From NCBI GenBank assembly GCA_032718475.1, contig JAUCBJ010009048.1, forward strand, positions 129,019 to 193,018: a DNA stretch of 64,000 bases, written 5' to 3'. Of this stretch, positions 38,389 to 52,117 are shown piece after piece. Position 1 is the first letter of the stretch. Every line of letters starts with the position of its first letter. The notes under the pieces are model-generated. The model ran no database searches, was not told where the DNA came from, and was given only the letters and a program-made list of their open reading frames with translations. The stretch is from Nemertoderma westbladi (lineage: Eukaryota > Animalia > Xenacoelomorpha). The translations under genes and the position numbers were made by a program.

Positions 38389-39179
38389 ATGCCAACCAAT
38401 CACAACGCCAACCAGAAATAATGCGCTGAAATTCGTTCAAACTCGTTCTACCTCACAACAACACCATAGAGTTTGGCTGAGAATAGGCTATTTGTTTGTG
38501 ATGTAGGCCTATCTAGGTTCATAGTGTGTACTTCAACAAGAAAATGAGTAAGTTATACATAACGAATAAGTAACGAATGATACAGACAGACCATAACGCT
38601 GTATAATACCAGTTAGAATCCTGCACAGAGTGGCCCAATAAATTTTATTTAGCCATTTGTTTTTATAAGAACACCAATTCATCAATATTTATCTGATAAA
38701 CATTGGAAACTAAACTGAAATCAACTAAATTATATTATAAAGCAACACATTGCGAGACCGGTTGTGTTTCTGGGGTAATGTTGGGCGGGTAACATGTTAC
38801 TGGGTCCACCCTTAGCACTAATACTGCCGCCCTCAAGTATTAGTACAGGAATAGCTGTTACTCGCAGGACTATAATAATAATAATATGGATTTTAATATT
38901 TAGTGAGAAAATATTTTTGAAGCTTTTCGGCTCTATTTTTGTAGATTGACATTTACGACTAGGTCTATCTATATCTAAATATAAATATTCATACTGCAGT
39001 TAAAAAAAACAAATGTTTATGTACCCTGTGTGGTGAATGTAGAAGAATAAGAACCATTTAAATTAAAAATAGTTAGTAGAATAATAAAAAAAACACCCAA
39101 TTACAAGGCTTTACTGCTTTAAAAAAATCCACGGGTTAAAAAACCAAGTACAGCACAATGGGAGCCACAAGAGCCGGTT

Positions 39180-39812
39180 TCAGTAGTAGTGTACGTGACG
39201 GTGCTTGTGGTAGTAGGTGCGGGGAGTGGTGCCGTCCCCTCGTCCCGGGGTCTCTACCTCCACGCTGTGGGGGTCGGTGAGGGCGCTGCCCGGGTCCGTG
39301 CCCCCCGCGCCCTCGGAGCGGGGCGGCGAGGCGAACCCGTTGGTGGACGAGCGAACCTGGGAACCCGCTTGGCGGACCTCGGGTTTCGCGTCGCGTTGCA
39401 GCGGTTCCAGCAACTCGGTCCCGGCGGCTACCGGTCGGCGAGACGCCCTGGGGATCCGCGGCGGGCGTTTCGAGGCGCGACACAGCCACACCATAGCGAC
39501 CACTAGTACGAGGAGCACCGCTAGGGGGACACCTATTACGATGGCCCAGTTGAGGCGGTCGTCCTCTGGGTGCGGGGGCGGGGGGAACGGGTTGCCAAGC
39601 AGCACAGTTAGTGTAGCAGTGTCTGTACCCGAGGTACCTGCTGTGGGGAAGAGCCAAGTGCAAACGTACTGGCCTGAATGCTCCGGTTTGGTATGAGATA
39701 TAGAGAGAGAAGACTCACTGAAGGAAGAGTTAACCCGCTGTAGACCGCTGATTACCCAAGGTGCATTGGGTTGGGGTTCCTTGGGGAAGATTAGTAAATA
39801 TTCATCTTGGAT
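39180..39812 (-). CDS. FGFRL1: FGFRL1 coding exon 3 (end of Ig3, TM helix, kinase-less His-rich tail)
   Basis: Acceptor TTTTCAG|ATC; HSGQYVC..ATLTVL; TM IVIGVPLAVLLVLVVAMVWLC; C-terminus PRTYYHKHRHVHYY*, as in the His-rich end of FGFRL1. Confidence 0.85.
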   Translation of the reverse strand: MQDEYLLIFPKEPQPNAPWVISGLQRVNSSFSESSLSISHTKPEHSGQYVCTWLFPTAGTSGTDTATLTVLLGNPFPPPPHPEDDRLNWAIVIGVPLAVLLVLVVAMVWLCRASKRPPRIPRASRRPVAAGTELLEPLQRDAKPEVRQAGSQVRSSTNGFASPPRSEGAGGTDPGSALTDPHSVEVETPGRGDGTTPRTYYHKHRHVHYY

Positions 39813-40264
39813 CTGAAAAACATTAATAAATTAAGAGTGACGGACAATTAATAGGCCTATATATCTACACAGAGACACAATAGGTATAAATGGATATAAT
39901 CCGGTAGAAGGCACTTGATACACAGGCAACATGTAGTCAGTAAACAGGACAATAGCAAAAAGGTTCCCGGGCAAAAGGTACTGAAATAAACATTAAAGGA
40001 GAAAAAGTACCCGGACAATAATAGATGCTACTGCTACTACTAGAGCAAAGGTTCCCGTGTAAAAGGAACCACAAAAGGTTCACCAATAAGATGTACCAAG
40101 ATATTTACGTTTCCCAGACAAATGTTACTCGATACAAAAGGCAGATGATAGATAAAATAATTCTAAACAAAAGGTATAACTGAACGGAACGGAACGTTCC
40201 CAAGAGAGGTAATAAATACTAAATAAAATAAAGCTGTCAGTCCGGGAACGTTTTAGTTACTTAC

Positions 40265-40529
40265 TTTAGTGACGCTAAAGATACTGTCAGTCTTCAACTT
40301 AGTGTACTCTTCTCGGCTGATAACTTTCATCCAAGTTAGTATGGCTGCGGCGCCCCTATCGTATACCGTGCAGATAAAGGAGATAGGCGAGCCGATCTCG
40401 GTGGATTGGTTGTGGGGACGGATAGAAACTATACCGGAAGTCAACCGGGAATCCAACGACTCCACTAGGAGCTCGAAGGTCGCGGAAACCTTCCCGATGT
40501 TGTTCTGGGCTTCGCATCGGTACTCTTCA
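40265..40529 (-). CDS. FGFRL1: FGFRL1 coding exon 2 (end of Ig2, start of Ig3)
   Basis: Acceptor TTTAG|T (phase 2); EEYRCEAQNNIG..PHNQSTEIGSPISFICTV..LTWMK; donor AAA|GTAAGT. Confidence 0.85.
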
Positions 40530-40581
40530 CTAAATCAGATAAAAAATAACAAAATGAACGAAATGTACCTATTTTTTGCAT

Positions 40582-40792
40582 AAGGCCCGTTTTCGCGCAG
40601 CTTTTTTTTTGAGCTTTATTTTTAGTTAAAACAATTTCTAGAAATTAATTACTTCAAGATGAATCTGAGAGTTTTCGAATGCTAAAACCCAAAATATAGA
40701 ATAAAGCTCAAAAAATGCTCAAAAAAAGTTTGATAAAAGTTAAAAAAAAAGCTAGAAATGCAACTCAAAAAAACTGCGCGGAAATGGACCTT
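40582..40792. mobile_element. Small MITE in an FGFRL1 intron
   Basis: Imperfect TIRs AAGGCCCGTTTTCGCGCAG / CTGCGCGGAAATGGACCTT. Confidence 0.55.
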
Positions 40793-41444
40793 CAGTAAAT
40801 AAAATTGGCTTCATTTTTTAGTTATTACACAAATAGGGATTATAGAGTCAGTGGATGTAAAGTACTTACTGTATTACTGTAACCCGGAATAAAAATATAA
40901 TAAACTAAATAACAGGGTAACTTTTCAAGTATTAAATTAAAACACCCAGGTACTAATACTTTTAAATAGTGAAATTTATTTCCCTATATAATTAACTATA
41001 TTAGTAATAAATAGTTATTATTAATAAATTGCCAATTATAATTCACCGCTCAATTCACAGTAGTCGAGGATTCTCCAAAACACAAAACTCTGAATTTTAC
41101 AATTTTGTCATAGACCCTATTGTTTTCTTAAAGGAAATCGCATTGAAATTAACTCTTTTGACCCCCCCCCCCCCCCCCCCCCCCCGCCATAGATGATTTT
41201 CATCAAAATTATTCCGGTGCTTTGCTTAATTAAATTATTTTACAGCAATTCATTTTTCTGACTGAGTTACCGGTACATTATTATAACCAAAACAATAAAC
41301 AAAAAAATCGTTATGACACGGTAATGGTCTATTTGTGAGAGTAATCACTTGCTATTTGCGTCGATTTTCACCTGAAGGGGATGAGTTATAATCGTAACGA
41401 CCCCCCCCCCCCCCCCTCCCCCGTACCGAACTAACTCAACTAAC

Positions 41445-42085
41445 CGATCATTATTTTGGCTAATCCCGGATATAACCAGCACGGCTTCCCCGTTGCTAGT
41501 GGTTACCCCGGGGGGCAGACTATCCGCGGACAGTAAACTCCCGCCGAGGAACCACTTGTAGGCTATTGGCCCATCCCCGTAGGCCGTGCAGTTTATCGTT
41601 AGACTCTCCCCGACTCTTGGCAAAACAACCGAGATTTCTTCCTTCCGTTCAACAAACCGAGGCGCTGTTTGCTCCCGATCTGAGCTGGTAACAACCAAAC
41701 TAAACTCCTGTTCTAGAATTCCATAGCCGTTAATGGCGATGCATTTATATCGCGCTGTGTCTGAGACTTGTAGTTTGTTTATAACAAGTGTGTTGCTATT
41801 TACAGACACTTTTAAGCGGTTATCGAAATTTTGATTTAAATCTTCTCCGTCTTGAATTTCGCCTAATTTTTTCCATCGGAAATCGATTTTTTTGGGCATT
41901 ACCTCGACCGGACAGTACATGGTTATTGAGTCCCCTACCAGTCGGTAGAATGTTCCCGGATTTACGTAGTTGGGTTTACGTTGCGGGGGGAGTTTATCTG
42001 CAGCCCAAACCGAGTGGCGTTCCAATACTACGAGGAAAAGGAACACTGGCAATATGCTACGCCGTGGACGGAAGGATGGCCACAT
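41445..42085 (-). CDS. FGFRL1: FGFRL1 coding exon 1 (signal peptide, Ig1, most of Ig2)
   Basis: Signal peptide; VGDSITMYCPVE..W.K..DTARYKCIAINGYG; APRF..VGESLTINCTAYG..YKW; donor CG|GTTAGT. An acceptor at 42102-42104 implies a non-coding upstream exon. Confidence 0.85.
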
Positions 42086-44763
42086 ATTCCACGCACAGCA
42101 GCTGAAAACAACATAAGGTGCATATTCGTTAATAAGTAAATAGGGGAGGGGGGCCTACTCAATAATAAATAATCTGATACCGGTAATGTATTTTACTGCA
42201 GGACTGCCAGATACTGAGATATCAGGATATGCCTGTATGCTGGGAAATATAATACACGGCACACGGCCCGCGGTAATACAGTAATATAGTACCGGACCGG
42301 TAATACAGTAATAATTCATGTAATTATTACATTATTGTACAGCTGTACAGATGAATTTGGAAACAAGAGTGGTATTGCTGTATTGGTAGAGGTAGGCAGT
42401 CTGGCAGTAGGTACTGGAACTGGAACCATGATTGTTTGCCTATACCAGCTAAGAGCGGGAAGTTCAAAATAATATTATATTTCTTTGAAATTTTAAACTA
42501 ATAGTTGAGTCAATCTAGCAAAAAACCCAGAAGTATTTCGCAATCAATTCGAACCACATATTTTGGATGCTACAGCCTACCTTGTTATGTTAGTTGTTAT
42601 TGTTGTTAATGGTGTAATGACTAATAAAAAGTCTATAATTTTATATTGTGGATCATATGTTTATTCATGGAAATTCTGCGTAAATTTACAAGCCAAATAA
42701 AAGGAACAGTCAGACATTATGGAAGAGTAAGTAGCAAATTAGTAATGTTCCAGAATAATTTAAATAATTTCATAATAAGCTGTGATTTTCAATGGGAAAT
42801 GAGTAATATTTACACTGGCGTGTTACACATTAATTGCTATATATCGGTAACTAGAAATCGCATCAAATTTTTTAAAATATCAAAAATTTCACGATATATA
42901 AAGGTAACTAACTAAATGTAAAAAAATTATACAATTCCACTGCAAGGAAATTTCATAATTTCCATTAATGTTAGCGAAGATTTTTCACATAATAAAATTC
43001 TTATTGCTCTATTGATTTTAGGTGTAATTTATTTATTTATTGTAGTTTAAAAACCACAATAGTTTATAACATAATAAGAATATAACAAATCAATTTTTTG
43101 GAGGATAAGGGTTTTTGAGGTCGATAAATCCGATGGGCGAGGTTACATCCACCCGTTTAGTAGAGAAGTTGGGTAAATAAGCTCTCTATATTGTACCAGC
43201 AAAATTTGTATTAAAAATGGTTATATGATTAGACAAATTTCCGTTGCTCTGGAAACTAAATTGGTAACTGTCTAGAAGTGAATACTTCAGTAAATCGATA
43301 GTAATTAGAGTAAAGTTTGTCTGCACCAAATTTGGAGAAAATCCCACCAATAGACCCCTTGTTGCTATGTAAAATCCATGTTGCTAAGGAAAGAAACAGG
43401 AGATTGAAGGTGATCCGGATAATATATTTTTATAGACTGTTTTGGGGGTATTAACATGGTAATATAGAATTTAAAAAAATTGGTTTGGATGAATTCCGAA
43501 TTTGTTATGGGTTGACCCCCTTTTATGGCTAGATTTACTCGCCTATAATCTTTGGACGTGCGTGCACGTGATACTGAATGAGGAAAAAATGGTTGGAGGT
43601 TTTATATTTATTTTAAAGGCTATGAGTAATTATATTCTTTTTTAAATGTTTAAGTTTAATTTTTTAAGTTATTAATTTTCCGCTCTAATTTACCCAAAAT
43701 CGTGAGAATAATGAGTACTTTTTTCTCTAGGGAAAAAAGTAACAAATAGGATTGATTGATAGGCATTGATTTTACTTTTTCACCCGACGAAAAAAAAGTA
43801 AAATAAAATATTTTTTTGCGTAATTTCTTAAATTTCAAAACATGTGTTGAAAAAGCATCGAAGTAGAATTGGTTTGCAAGTCATTTGGGGTTAAACTTTT
43901 CCACGTATGCCGTACATATCAACGTATCTCTAAACATTACATTGAGCGATTTGACATACCCGTATGCAAACACTTGAGAATACTGTTTCGTGATAGGTCC
44001 AGATGAGATACGGTACGAGATTATTGTCAAGTCAACAGTGTCTCTGTTTGCTGAAGGCCCATAATTACAGTAGTACCGCGGTGTTCCGCAGTTGCCTGTC
44101 AAGCCTAGCCTTGCTGTAGTCGGTCTCTGTCAGTGTCAGTCCGGGTTTTACATTTTTGTTTTTCTAATTGAGAAGTACTATAAAATATTAAATGTTACAA
44201 AATTTCGAGATAAAATATCAATGTGTGATAAAATTGTGTAAGTTTAAATCTTCGATGGGTCAAAAATGACCGCAAGGAGAGCACAAGGGTTAAATCGACT
44301 GCAGTTTTCAAGCCTGCCTCTAGGCTGGTGTAAAGTGATCAAGGGCATCTGCTTAGATTTTGCTTATTTTTCTTTCAAGATTACACGTACATAAGTTTAT
44401 ATCACGTGCTGCGCGAAGGACCCACTTCAGTTATAATATGGTTAAGGTTAAGTTACAACAAATTATAGCTATGGATACCAGCGCAAGCAACCCTCAGCGC
44501 CAAGCCTTTTAACTGCAAGCTAGCTCCCAAACTACAAGCAAATTGACAATGGATCAACAACAAACAACCCTTCCACCCTGGTAGCCAATGAGAGAACCTA
44601 GAGCTTTCGAGTATTTTTAGTAATTATAGGTAGGTAGGTATATTAATGTCATGTAGTATTATAGAATTGGACCAAATGGAATGGTGGGGAATCAGGTCAG
44701 GTCAGTGGGCAGGAGTATGTGAATCCAATAATATTGATTACCAACAATATTATTATTAATTAA

Positions 44764-46553
44764 CTAGAAAGCCTGTGGCCCTTCGGGCCACAGCTTTCTA
44801 GTGCACGTGCAGATGATATATGAATATGTGTGGGAGATTTGAGAACTGCATACGGAACAGACACCATCATTAAATAAAACACCACCCCCATAAGAGATAA
44901 CTGTCAAGTTTCAACTTTAGGCAGATTGTAAATAACAAAATTTCCAGAAAATGATCACTTTCAGATCCACCCTCTACCTGCGGACTGGTGAAATGCAGAC
45001 GGCGCTGCAGTTTGGTAAAGATGGGGTTTATGGTGAAGTAAAATGCCTGCCTTTCAAGTTTCAGCTTAAACAGATTGTAAATAACAAAATTGATGTAGAT
45101 GTTCACATTCAGACATTTCACCCTCTAGCGGTAGACTGAAGAACTGTGGACGACTCTGGGACTCCGTAAAGATACAGAATATGCTGTAGTAGATTCCTGC
45201 CAAGTTCCAGCTCAATAGGATTAAAAAGAACCAAATGGGATGAGGTGTTCACTATCAGATATGTCGCCCTCTAGCGGCAGATGGGGGGACTGTATACAAC
45301 TCTGTGACTCCGTAAAGGTACAGCCTATGCTGTAGTAGATGCCTACCAAGTTTCAGTCTAAACCGTTAGTAAATAACAAAGTTGGAGAAGATGTTAACTT
45401 TCAGACAATTCGCCCTCTAGCGGCTGACGCGGGTAATGTAGACAACTCTGCGCGACTCAGTAAAGATATAACCTATGCTGTAGTAGATGCCTACCAAGTT
45501 CAGTCTAAATGGATTATAAATAACAAAGTTGGAGAAGATGTTAACTCTCAGACATTTAGCCCTCTAACGGTAGACTGGGGAACTGTGGACAACTCAGTGA
45601 CTCCGGAAATATACAGCCTATGCTGCAGTATATAGCTACCAAGTTTCAGCTCAAAAGCATTAAAAACAACCCAATGAGATCAGGTTTTCACTATCGGACA
45701 ATTCGCCCTCTAGCGGCAGATGGGGGAACTTCAGACGGCTCTGAGTATTACGTTGCAACGAGTTAGGGCGAGACCTATCTAACGAGCTATAGTAAGCGAG
45801 ATTTCATCGAGATTAGATGTATAATATTAGATAAAATAATAATACAGTAAGTATAGGCCTACAGAAATAATTAGTTTACTTTTAATATTCATAACAGTAA
45901 AACAAAAATGTTATAAACCTCTCCTTCCATGCAGCCAATGATTGAGAAAGCAGAATTACTCTTGAGCAATTCCCAACAGACAACCCAAACCCACCCCAAT
46001 CAACACTCCAGCCTGCTTGCTCCTTATCTGTGTCCAGCCAGCTAGCTGCGATTTCAATAATTACCTTAACGTTGCTATGATACAGAAAAAAATCCTTCCC
46101 TATTCACTACAGCACTAACCACTAAGAATAGGCCAATTCGATCGTGCTTGGCGAATATGACATATTTATACACTATTTGATTTTTAATCAATAAATAATC
46201 ATACATATTTATATTAAACACTCGAATAAAATAAATACTTTGTGAGAATGGGACACGGCGAATCTACTCATGTTAATTTTATACCAGATGGGATAAATGT
46301 TACCCCTCTAAATAATTAATTACCGATAGAAGAACCGAAATAATTCGATACATTTCGCCCGAACGAACACAAAATACGCATTCACGCAAGCAAACGCGTA
46401 AAATTAGCCTCGAGATTGCGATAGTTTACGTGCTCAGGACGAGAGCTTTCGATCGATGTATCATTTGCTCAGATTGGTGCATGTGTGTCGGAGCGTATAG
46501 CTTGGACAGACTCACAGACTCACAGACAGACAGAGGATATTTATATATATAGA
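44764..46553 (-). mobile_element. Non-autonomous Helitron with an internal ~146-bp tandem array
   Basis: Minus strand A|TCTATATATATAAA start followed by a (TCTG)n-like tract; 3' end hairpin CTGTGGCCC-GAA-GGGCCACAG then CTAG|T. Repeats span about 44900-45740. That both ends belong to one element is inferred. Confidence 0.65.
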
Positions 46554-48373
46554 TTCTGAACAAGACGAGTGAACAATACATGTCTGGGGGGGCAGTGAGA
46601 CTTCTCTGGGGGGGCAGTGCCCCCAAATCCCCCCCGCACGATACGGGCCTGCCGGGTGTCATTGAGATACAGTAGTGTAATTTATTTTCAGCTGCTTTAT
46701 TTCTTCAGCTACTTGCCGACAATAAAAGGTAGCAAAAAGCAAATAAAAATAAAAGTGCACGCTGCACGCACAAGGAAAAATAATTATTATAGACCATAAA
46801 TCTGTCAAAAGTAGTGATTTCCGAGAAATCCAACTGTTTCAATTTGAATTTATTTTTAAACACATTGATAGATCGTGATTCCAGATTCCATTACCTTTTC
46901 AGGAATAGTATTCCAAATAGTATCTACACGGCTACGAAAATGTGTTTCCAGTTGTTTCGGCTTTTTAGCATACAGTACAGTATTATGTACCGTTCCCATG
47001 GTTTCCGTGTCGAATCTCTCGTATCTCATCTGGACCAATTAGGAAACAGTAGGCCTATTCGCCTACAGTACTTGTATGTCAAAGCGCTCAATGTAATCAG
47101 GTGATATAGGTGATATACAGTAGGGGAAACCACCAGTGAATTATGTTGTTTATTTTGATTATTAATGAAACATAATGCAAAAATTACTATACTGGGTACC
47201 GGTAGTCTATTGTAGTCTATTATAATCAACCAACCTTTTTAAGTGTGAATTAATAAGATAAAGCAAATCACAAATGACATCCGATTGCTTAAACGTAATA
47301 ACGTATAAATAAAGAAATGCCCCCAGAACAATAGTCAGTGCTTTCAGTAGGAGCAATAAATAAATTATGTATTTAATGTAGTATATAGGCCTGCTAAGCT
47401 ACATAATTATATTATTAATTTCATTGACAAGTGAACTAAAACATTGTAATTATTATATCACGCACATCAATAATATACAGTTTAGCAAGGCAATTCGTAA
47501 AAAAAGTGTATTATAATATTAAGCTCGAAAACCCTGGAATAAATTTACCAAGAAATATACAAAGAAGTATGATTAATTCCTGAGTGGGCAGTCCAAAAAA
47601 TAATAATGAGAACACCACTTGCTTTAGCTCACTGAATGTGACAGGCTGTCTGGTCTATCTGTATGTGAAAGCCAGACAGACCCACTAGTCTGACAAGCAA
47701 CTGATTATAGACATTACATGGTCTGCCATTTGGAGGCTAATGAGAGGTCACAGTAATCACCCTTTTCGTTCCGTCCCATTTCATATTCATATAAATATTA
47801 TCCTAAATGACATTCTACATTTGCTTGTAATTTAAAATGGAATTGAATGGGGAGCACGGCCAGTTAAACACACACAGAACAGCAAAAATAAGCCACGTTA
47901 ATCGGCGTAATTTGCGGTACACGTTCCAAAGAAATTTTAAGCGGATAAAGACAACATGTTTCATAGGAAGTACAGTCACAGTGTCCCAGGAAATAGTGTC
48001 ACTCATGTGAAAACGATTAGACCCAATAAACCACAAATAAAGGCTAACATATTTAACATAACAAAACATATTACTAAACAAATAGAACACACAGTGATCA
48101 AGCACTGTTGGCTAATTATTTTGACTATGGTTTCTTATATTACAGTAAAGATAACTTACACCACAATATTACTGGTAAGGCCTAATTAATATTTGGTCTG
48201 AAATAATCTTATCAAACTAACGAATTATAGTACATAATATTAGGGGGCGTTGAAAAAGCCCAACAGTACGCTAAATGTGACGGAGTTGTGTGCAAACGAT
48301 GATCCGAAATGCCAACAATTGTTTCATCTTCATCATATCAGGGGCGAGGGGGCATTTGTACCCTTAGTGAGCG

Positions 48374-48675
48374 GTTGGGTGCAACCTTCGCCCGCATACA
48401 ACCTTCGCCCGCGTTCAACCTTCGCCCGGGGTAACCTTCGCCCGCGACCAACCTTCACCCAATAAGATTTGTGTTAGTAAACATTTTAGTTACCAATTTA
48501 CCAATTGAGGGAAAGGAGCAGGTTACAGAGACGGCTTTTTCTAACTAAAACAATGATTGTTTAGTGGGCGAAGGTTTCGGCCGAGCGATAGTTGCTCATT
48601 TTGAGGGCGAAGATTGCTCCGGGCGAAGATTGGACGTTGGTGAAGCTTTCGCGCGGGTGAAGTTTACTGCGTAAC
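48374..48675. mobile_element. Mutator-like MITE
   Basis: 9-bp TSD TAGTGAGCG (48365-48373 and 48676-48684); inverted arrays of AACCTTCGCCC / GGGCGAAG. Confidence 0.8.
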
Positions 48676-51099
48676 TAGTGAGCGATGTTCAGGCGCCATT
48701 GATGTTGACAAATGTTGTATTATCTAGGATACTGTATTGTCACACCTAAGCCATAAGGTACAGTATATTTGTTAACTACAAATTTAATATATTCCTACGG
48801 TATACTGGTAAAATTTAATATATTCCTACGGTATACTGGTAAAATTTAATTACCTTGTGTTTGGAGTCTCCATGTGCCTGGCTGGCAATACTTACAGTCA
48901 GAAGTATAATAAATGAAATCTAAAAAATCAAAGTCCAACCTAATTTGACCCGGGATTGTAATCAATAACCTTGTGGAGGATGGAGCTTACTGTATTACAG
49001 TTAGAGCAACATTGTTGATTACTCTCAAAATTAAAACTGTAACCGCTGTTCTATTGTGTTTAGTTTATTGTTTTGGTTAAAATAACGTGCCACTGTAACC
49101 TGCTCCTTGAGAATTTAACATTGAGGCGGGATGTTAATTCGCCGAGAATATGGGATTTGCGTCCAGTGTCCCTCCTGTCTCCCTACAGCACAATTGTAAT
49201 ACTGTTTAATAATGTGAAACACTGTTTAATAATATATAAATAAAATAATAATGTATAATTAAAAAAATATGCAATAAAATAAAACTGATAAGGTGGGAGT
49301 GACAGTTTGGTACTTGTACGAATGTGCAAATAAAGGACATGCCATCTAAAACATCGATGTTTACATAGTGGAGTCTAACTACATTGCTAAATAGATAAGG
49401 TAAAAGCAAAAGAAAGAATAAGATTATATAATTAATGTATATAGGCATATAAGATGTATGAATAAGGTCATGAAAAGTGTTGCCGAGACAGGCAACAACA
49501 GATCCCATCGAATGAATATTTCGTCTAGGCCAATTAACAATGTTAATTAGCGCGGGGCGGTGTAAGGTTATAGTTGTAATCCAAATTATATAGCCAGTTT
49601 GTTTAAGAAAAAAGGAATTCAAAAGCAGTAAAGTAGAAATGTGTAGTTTACATACTGTGGCACATGGTTTATGGCCACGACCTTTTTATAACTACTGCAC
49701 ACCAATACAAAAGTTTGTGTAAGATACTGTATACACCATGACCCGTAATATAGTGTTATTTTCTGATGACACGGACCCCCCCGCCCAAATTGATATTTAA
49801 TTATATTTTCATGGTTTCAATTTGTTTCTATAAAAATTTCAAAAGGCGCGAATCAATATAGGGTGTAGACCTATATCATTTGAAATGTTTACATGGTTTT
49901 TTTGAAGCGTTGGTACATTCGGTGTTGCGAGTTTGCTCTTGCGAGAGAGGGAATAACATCGCAGGGTCATAATTACTGTATATAGTATATCTATTCCTAT
50001 GTAAAATAAATTAGTAGTTAATTAATATTATATCAATCATATAATAGTCAATTTTAAATCAAAACTGTAATTATAAAAAAAATATTTCCAGGAGAAACTG
50101 TTCAACTAAACCCAGTCAATTAATTAATAAATCCCACAAGTCCAACAAAAACTTTACTTGGCTATGAATGCTATGATTAATTTATTAGCTTACTGCGATG
50201 TTTCAATGCAGTATTTCACTCATAAGCTAATGGCATAGGCGGGCCAACCAGCACGCATTCACCTATCAATTCCAGCCCACCGAGCAAATACTACTGACAG
50301 CTGGAATTTCCTAGTGGTGCAGTGAGGCATGATGTTGCATATTGATTGGGGGCGCCTAACATGCAATGGTAGCTAATGCACGGCCTTCATCGTATAGGCA
50401 GTCGATACTGTTACTGGGAATATTTAGCAAGCGCCGCCTATGCACTATGCAGCCACTGTGGGTGTTTGAGAGATTAAATCCCCCCCATCCGTCTCACCGA
50501 CGCACCACCAGTGCCAGATACATATTTTACCTGGACTAACAACATAGCCAAAGACCAATACAACAACTAACAGTAAGTGTGTCAGCCTAAAAGCAAACAC
50601 CCATTAGCGGTGCACCCACTCAAAGGCACTTCTAAATACTGCACACTTAATTAAATTCGCACTGCTTTTAGACACACAGACACCAAAGTGCCCCCCCCCC
50701 CCCCCCCCCCCTACCTCTTTGATATGTGTTTGAGACGTCTTGATAGGATATGTCCAGGAAGCTGAAAGACTGGGTTTGGTATTGTATTGATTTCTTATGA
50801 AGTGGCTGGTCAAATAAATACCAGGTTTTCAATCGGAATTGATCTATCGGAATTTAATTGAAATTTTATTTACGAAGAATTATTAGATTAATTAAACAAT
50901 ATTTTAATTATGATATTGTATTGACAATATGAATGATTAATTATGATATGAATGTCGGCGTTGTAATTCCGGAATTGAGTTTCAATCAGCAACGTCAATT
51001 AACTTTATTGAATTTAATAAACTTTGCTAACAATATTTATAGTTCTAAAGTTTCCAAGATTATATGTGTGATAGCAGTCGAGAAGTGACTTTGAGCAAT

Positions 51100-51880
51100 T
51101 AGTTTGGCCGAGAGGATTAAAGAATGTCCGTTGCCATATCCTCCAGAATCACCTAGCACTGATGATGTCAAGCCTTTCTTCGTCACTGGTTTGTTAGAGT
51201 ACCATGTGTGACTGTCTCACTCAGTGGTTGAAGTATGGGTTCGATTTGGACATCATGGCACACATCCGTCATCATTTTGTATTTCTCACCTCGTTATGCC
51301 GTGCCGTTATAAATCCACCTGTTTTGCATGTTAGTGCATGTCTGATGTCGAAAGGTTTGCTACAGACACACGTCGTAGGTAGGTTTATTCAATTGGAGCC
51401 CATGCCATATCCTGACTGCATCAGTGAAGTTGATAGTCGGCCTATAGGATATGTAATTCTGACATTCTGTAGTGCATCAGCTGATCAGCACGGTTTAAAG
51501 GGTTGAATGCATTGTCTGCATCTACTGTACAAGTACCTATAGGATGCACTCAGTTGTGGGGCCGCCAAGGATCTCATTCATACTGCAGCATGCACGGCAG
51601 ATACAATTCCTCCCATCAGGTTCCCAGAGAGTTGCAAGGGCCCTGCACAAGCTCTGATGTCATCCCTGAAGGCACTGACAATACTGTACAGTAGTTGTTG
51701 TTATAATACGTCACGTCTTACTAACTCTCCTATTCCAAGCGGTCTAACACCTGGGTTTTTATCAAGACCAAGAAGTCTCCCAGCCAAAATAGGTTCTTAT
51801 GGTGTAAGATCAAATTCTATCGTTGCTAGCTTCTTGGCTTTTGTTAATGTTTCCTTATCAAGAGTTTTCTATCTTATAAC
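51100..51880 (-). mobile_element. Degenerate CRE-clade non-LTR retrotransposon RT fragment
   Basis: Minus-strand RLLGLDKNPGVRPLGIGELVRR, CAGPLQL..GG..SAVHA and DADNAFNPLNR are CRE-type RT motifs; contains stops and frameshifts. Confidence 0.75.
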
Positions 51881-51883
51881 CTG

Positions 51884-52117
51884 TATGAGGCGCCGTTAAC
51901 GCCAAAAGGTCAGCAATAATATTAAAGGTTTTAAAAAGAATATTAGAGAATTTCAAAACATATTTTCGACCGAATTTTTGGCCGAAATATATTGTTACAT
52001 ATTTTCAGCTCTTCAATTTGATGTCATTTTCGGCCGAAATTTCGGCCGAAATATTTTATTACATTTTCAGCTCTTCTATTTTATTACATTTTCGGCCGCT
52101 TTTAACGGCGCCTCATA
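51884..52117. mobile_element. MITE with 6-bp TSD (IS3EU-like termini)
   Basis: 16-bp perfect TIR TATGAGGCGCCGTTAA; AACCTG on both sides. Confidence 0.7.

Noticed and set aside
39136-39696. Alternative overlapping ORFs in the last FGFRL1 exon
   Set aside because: GC-rich coding DNA gives open shadow frames; only the 39812-39180 frame has Ig/TM motifs and splice continuity.
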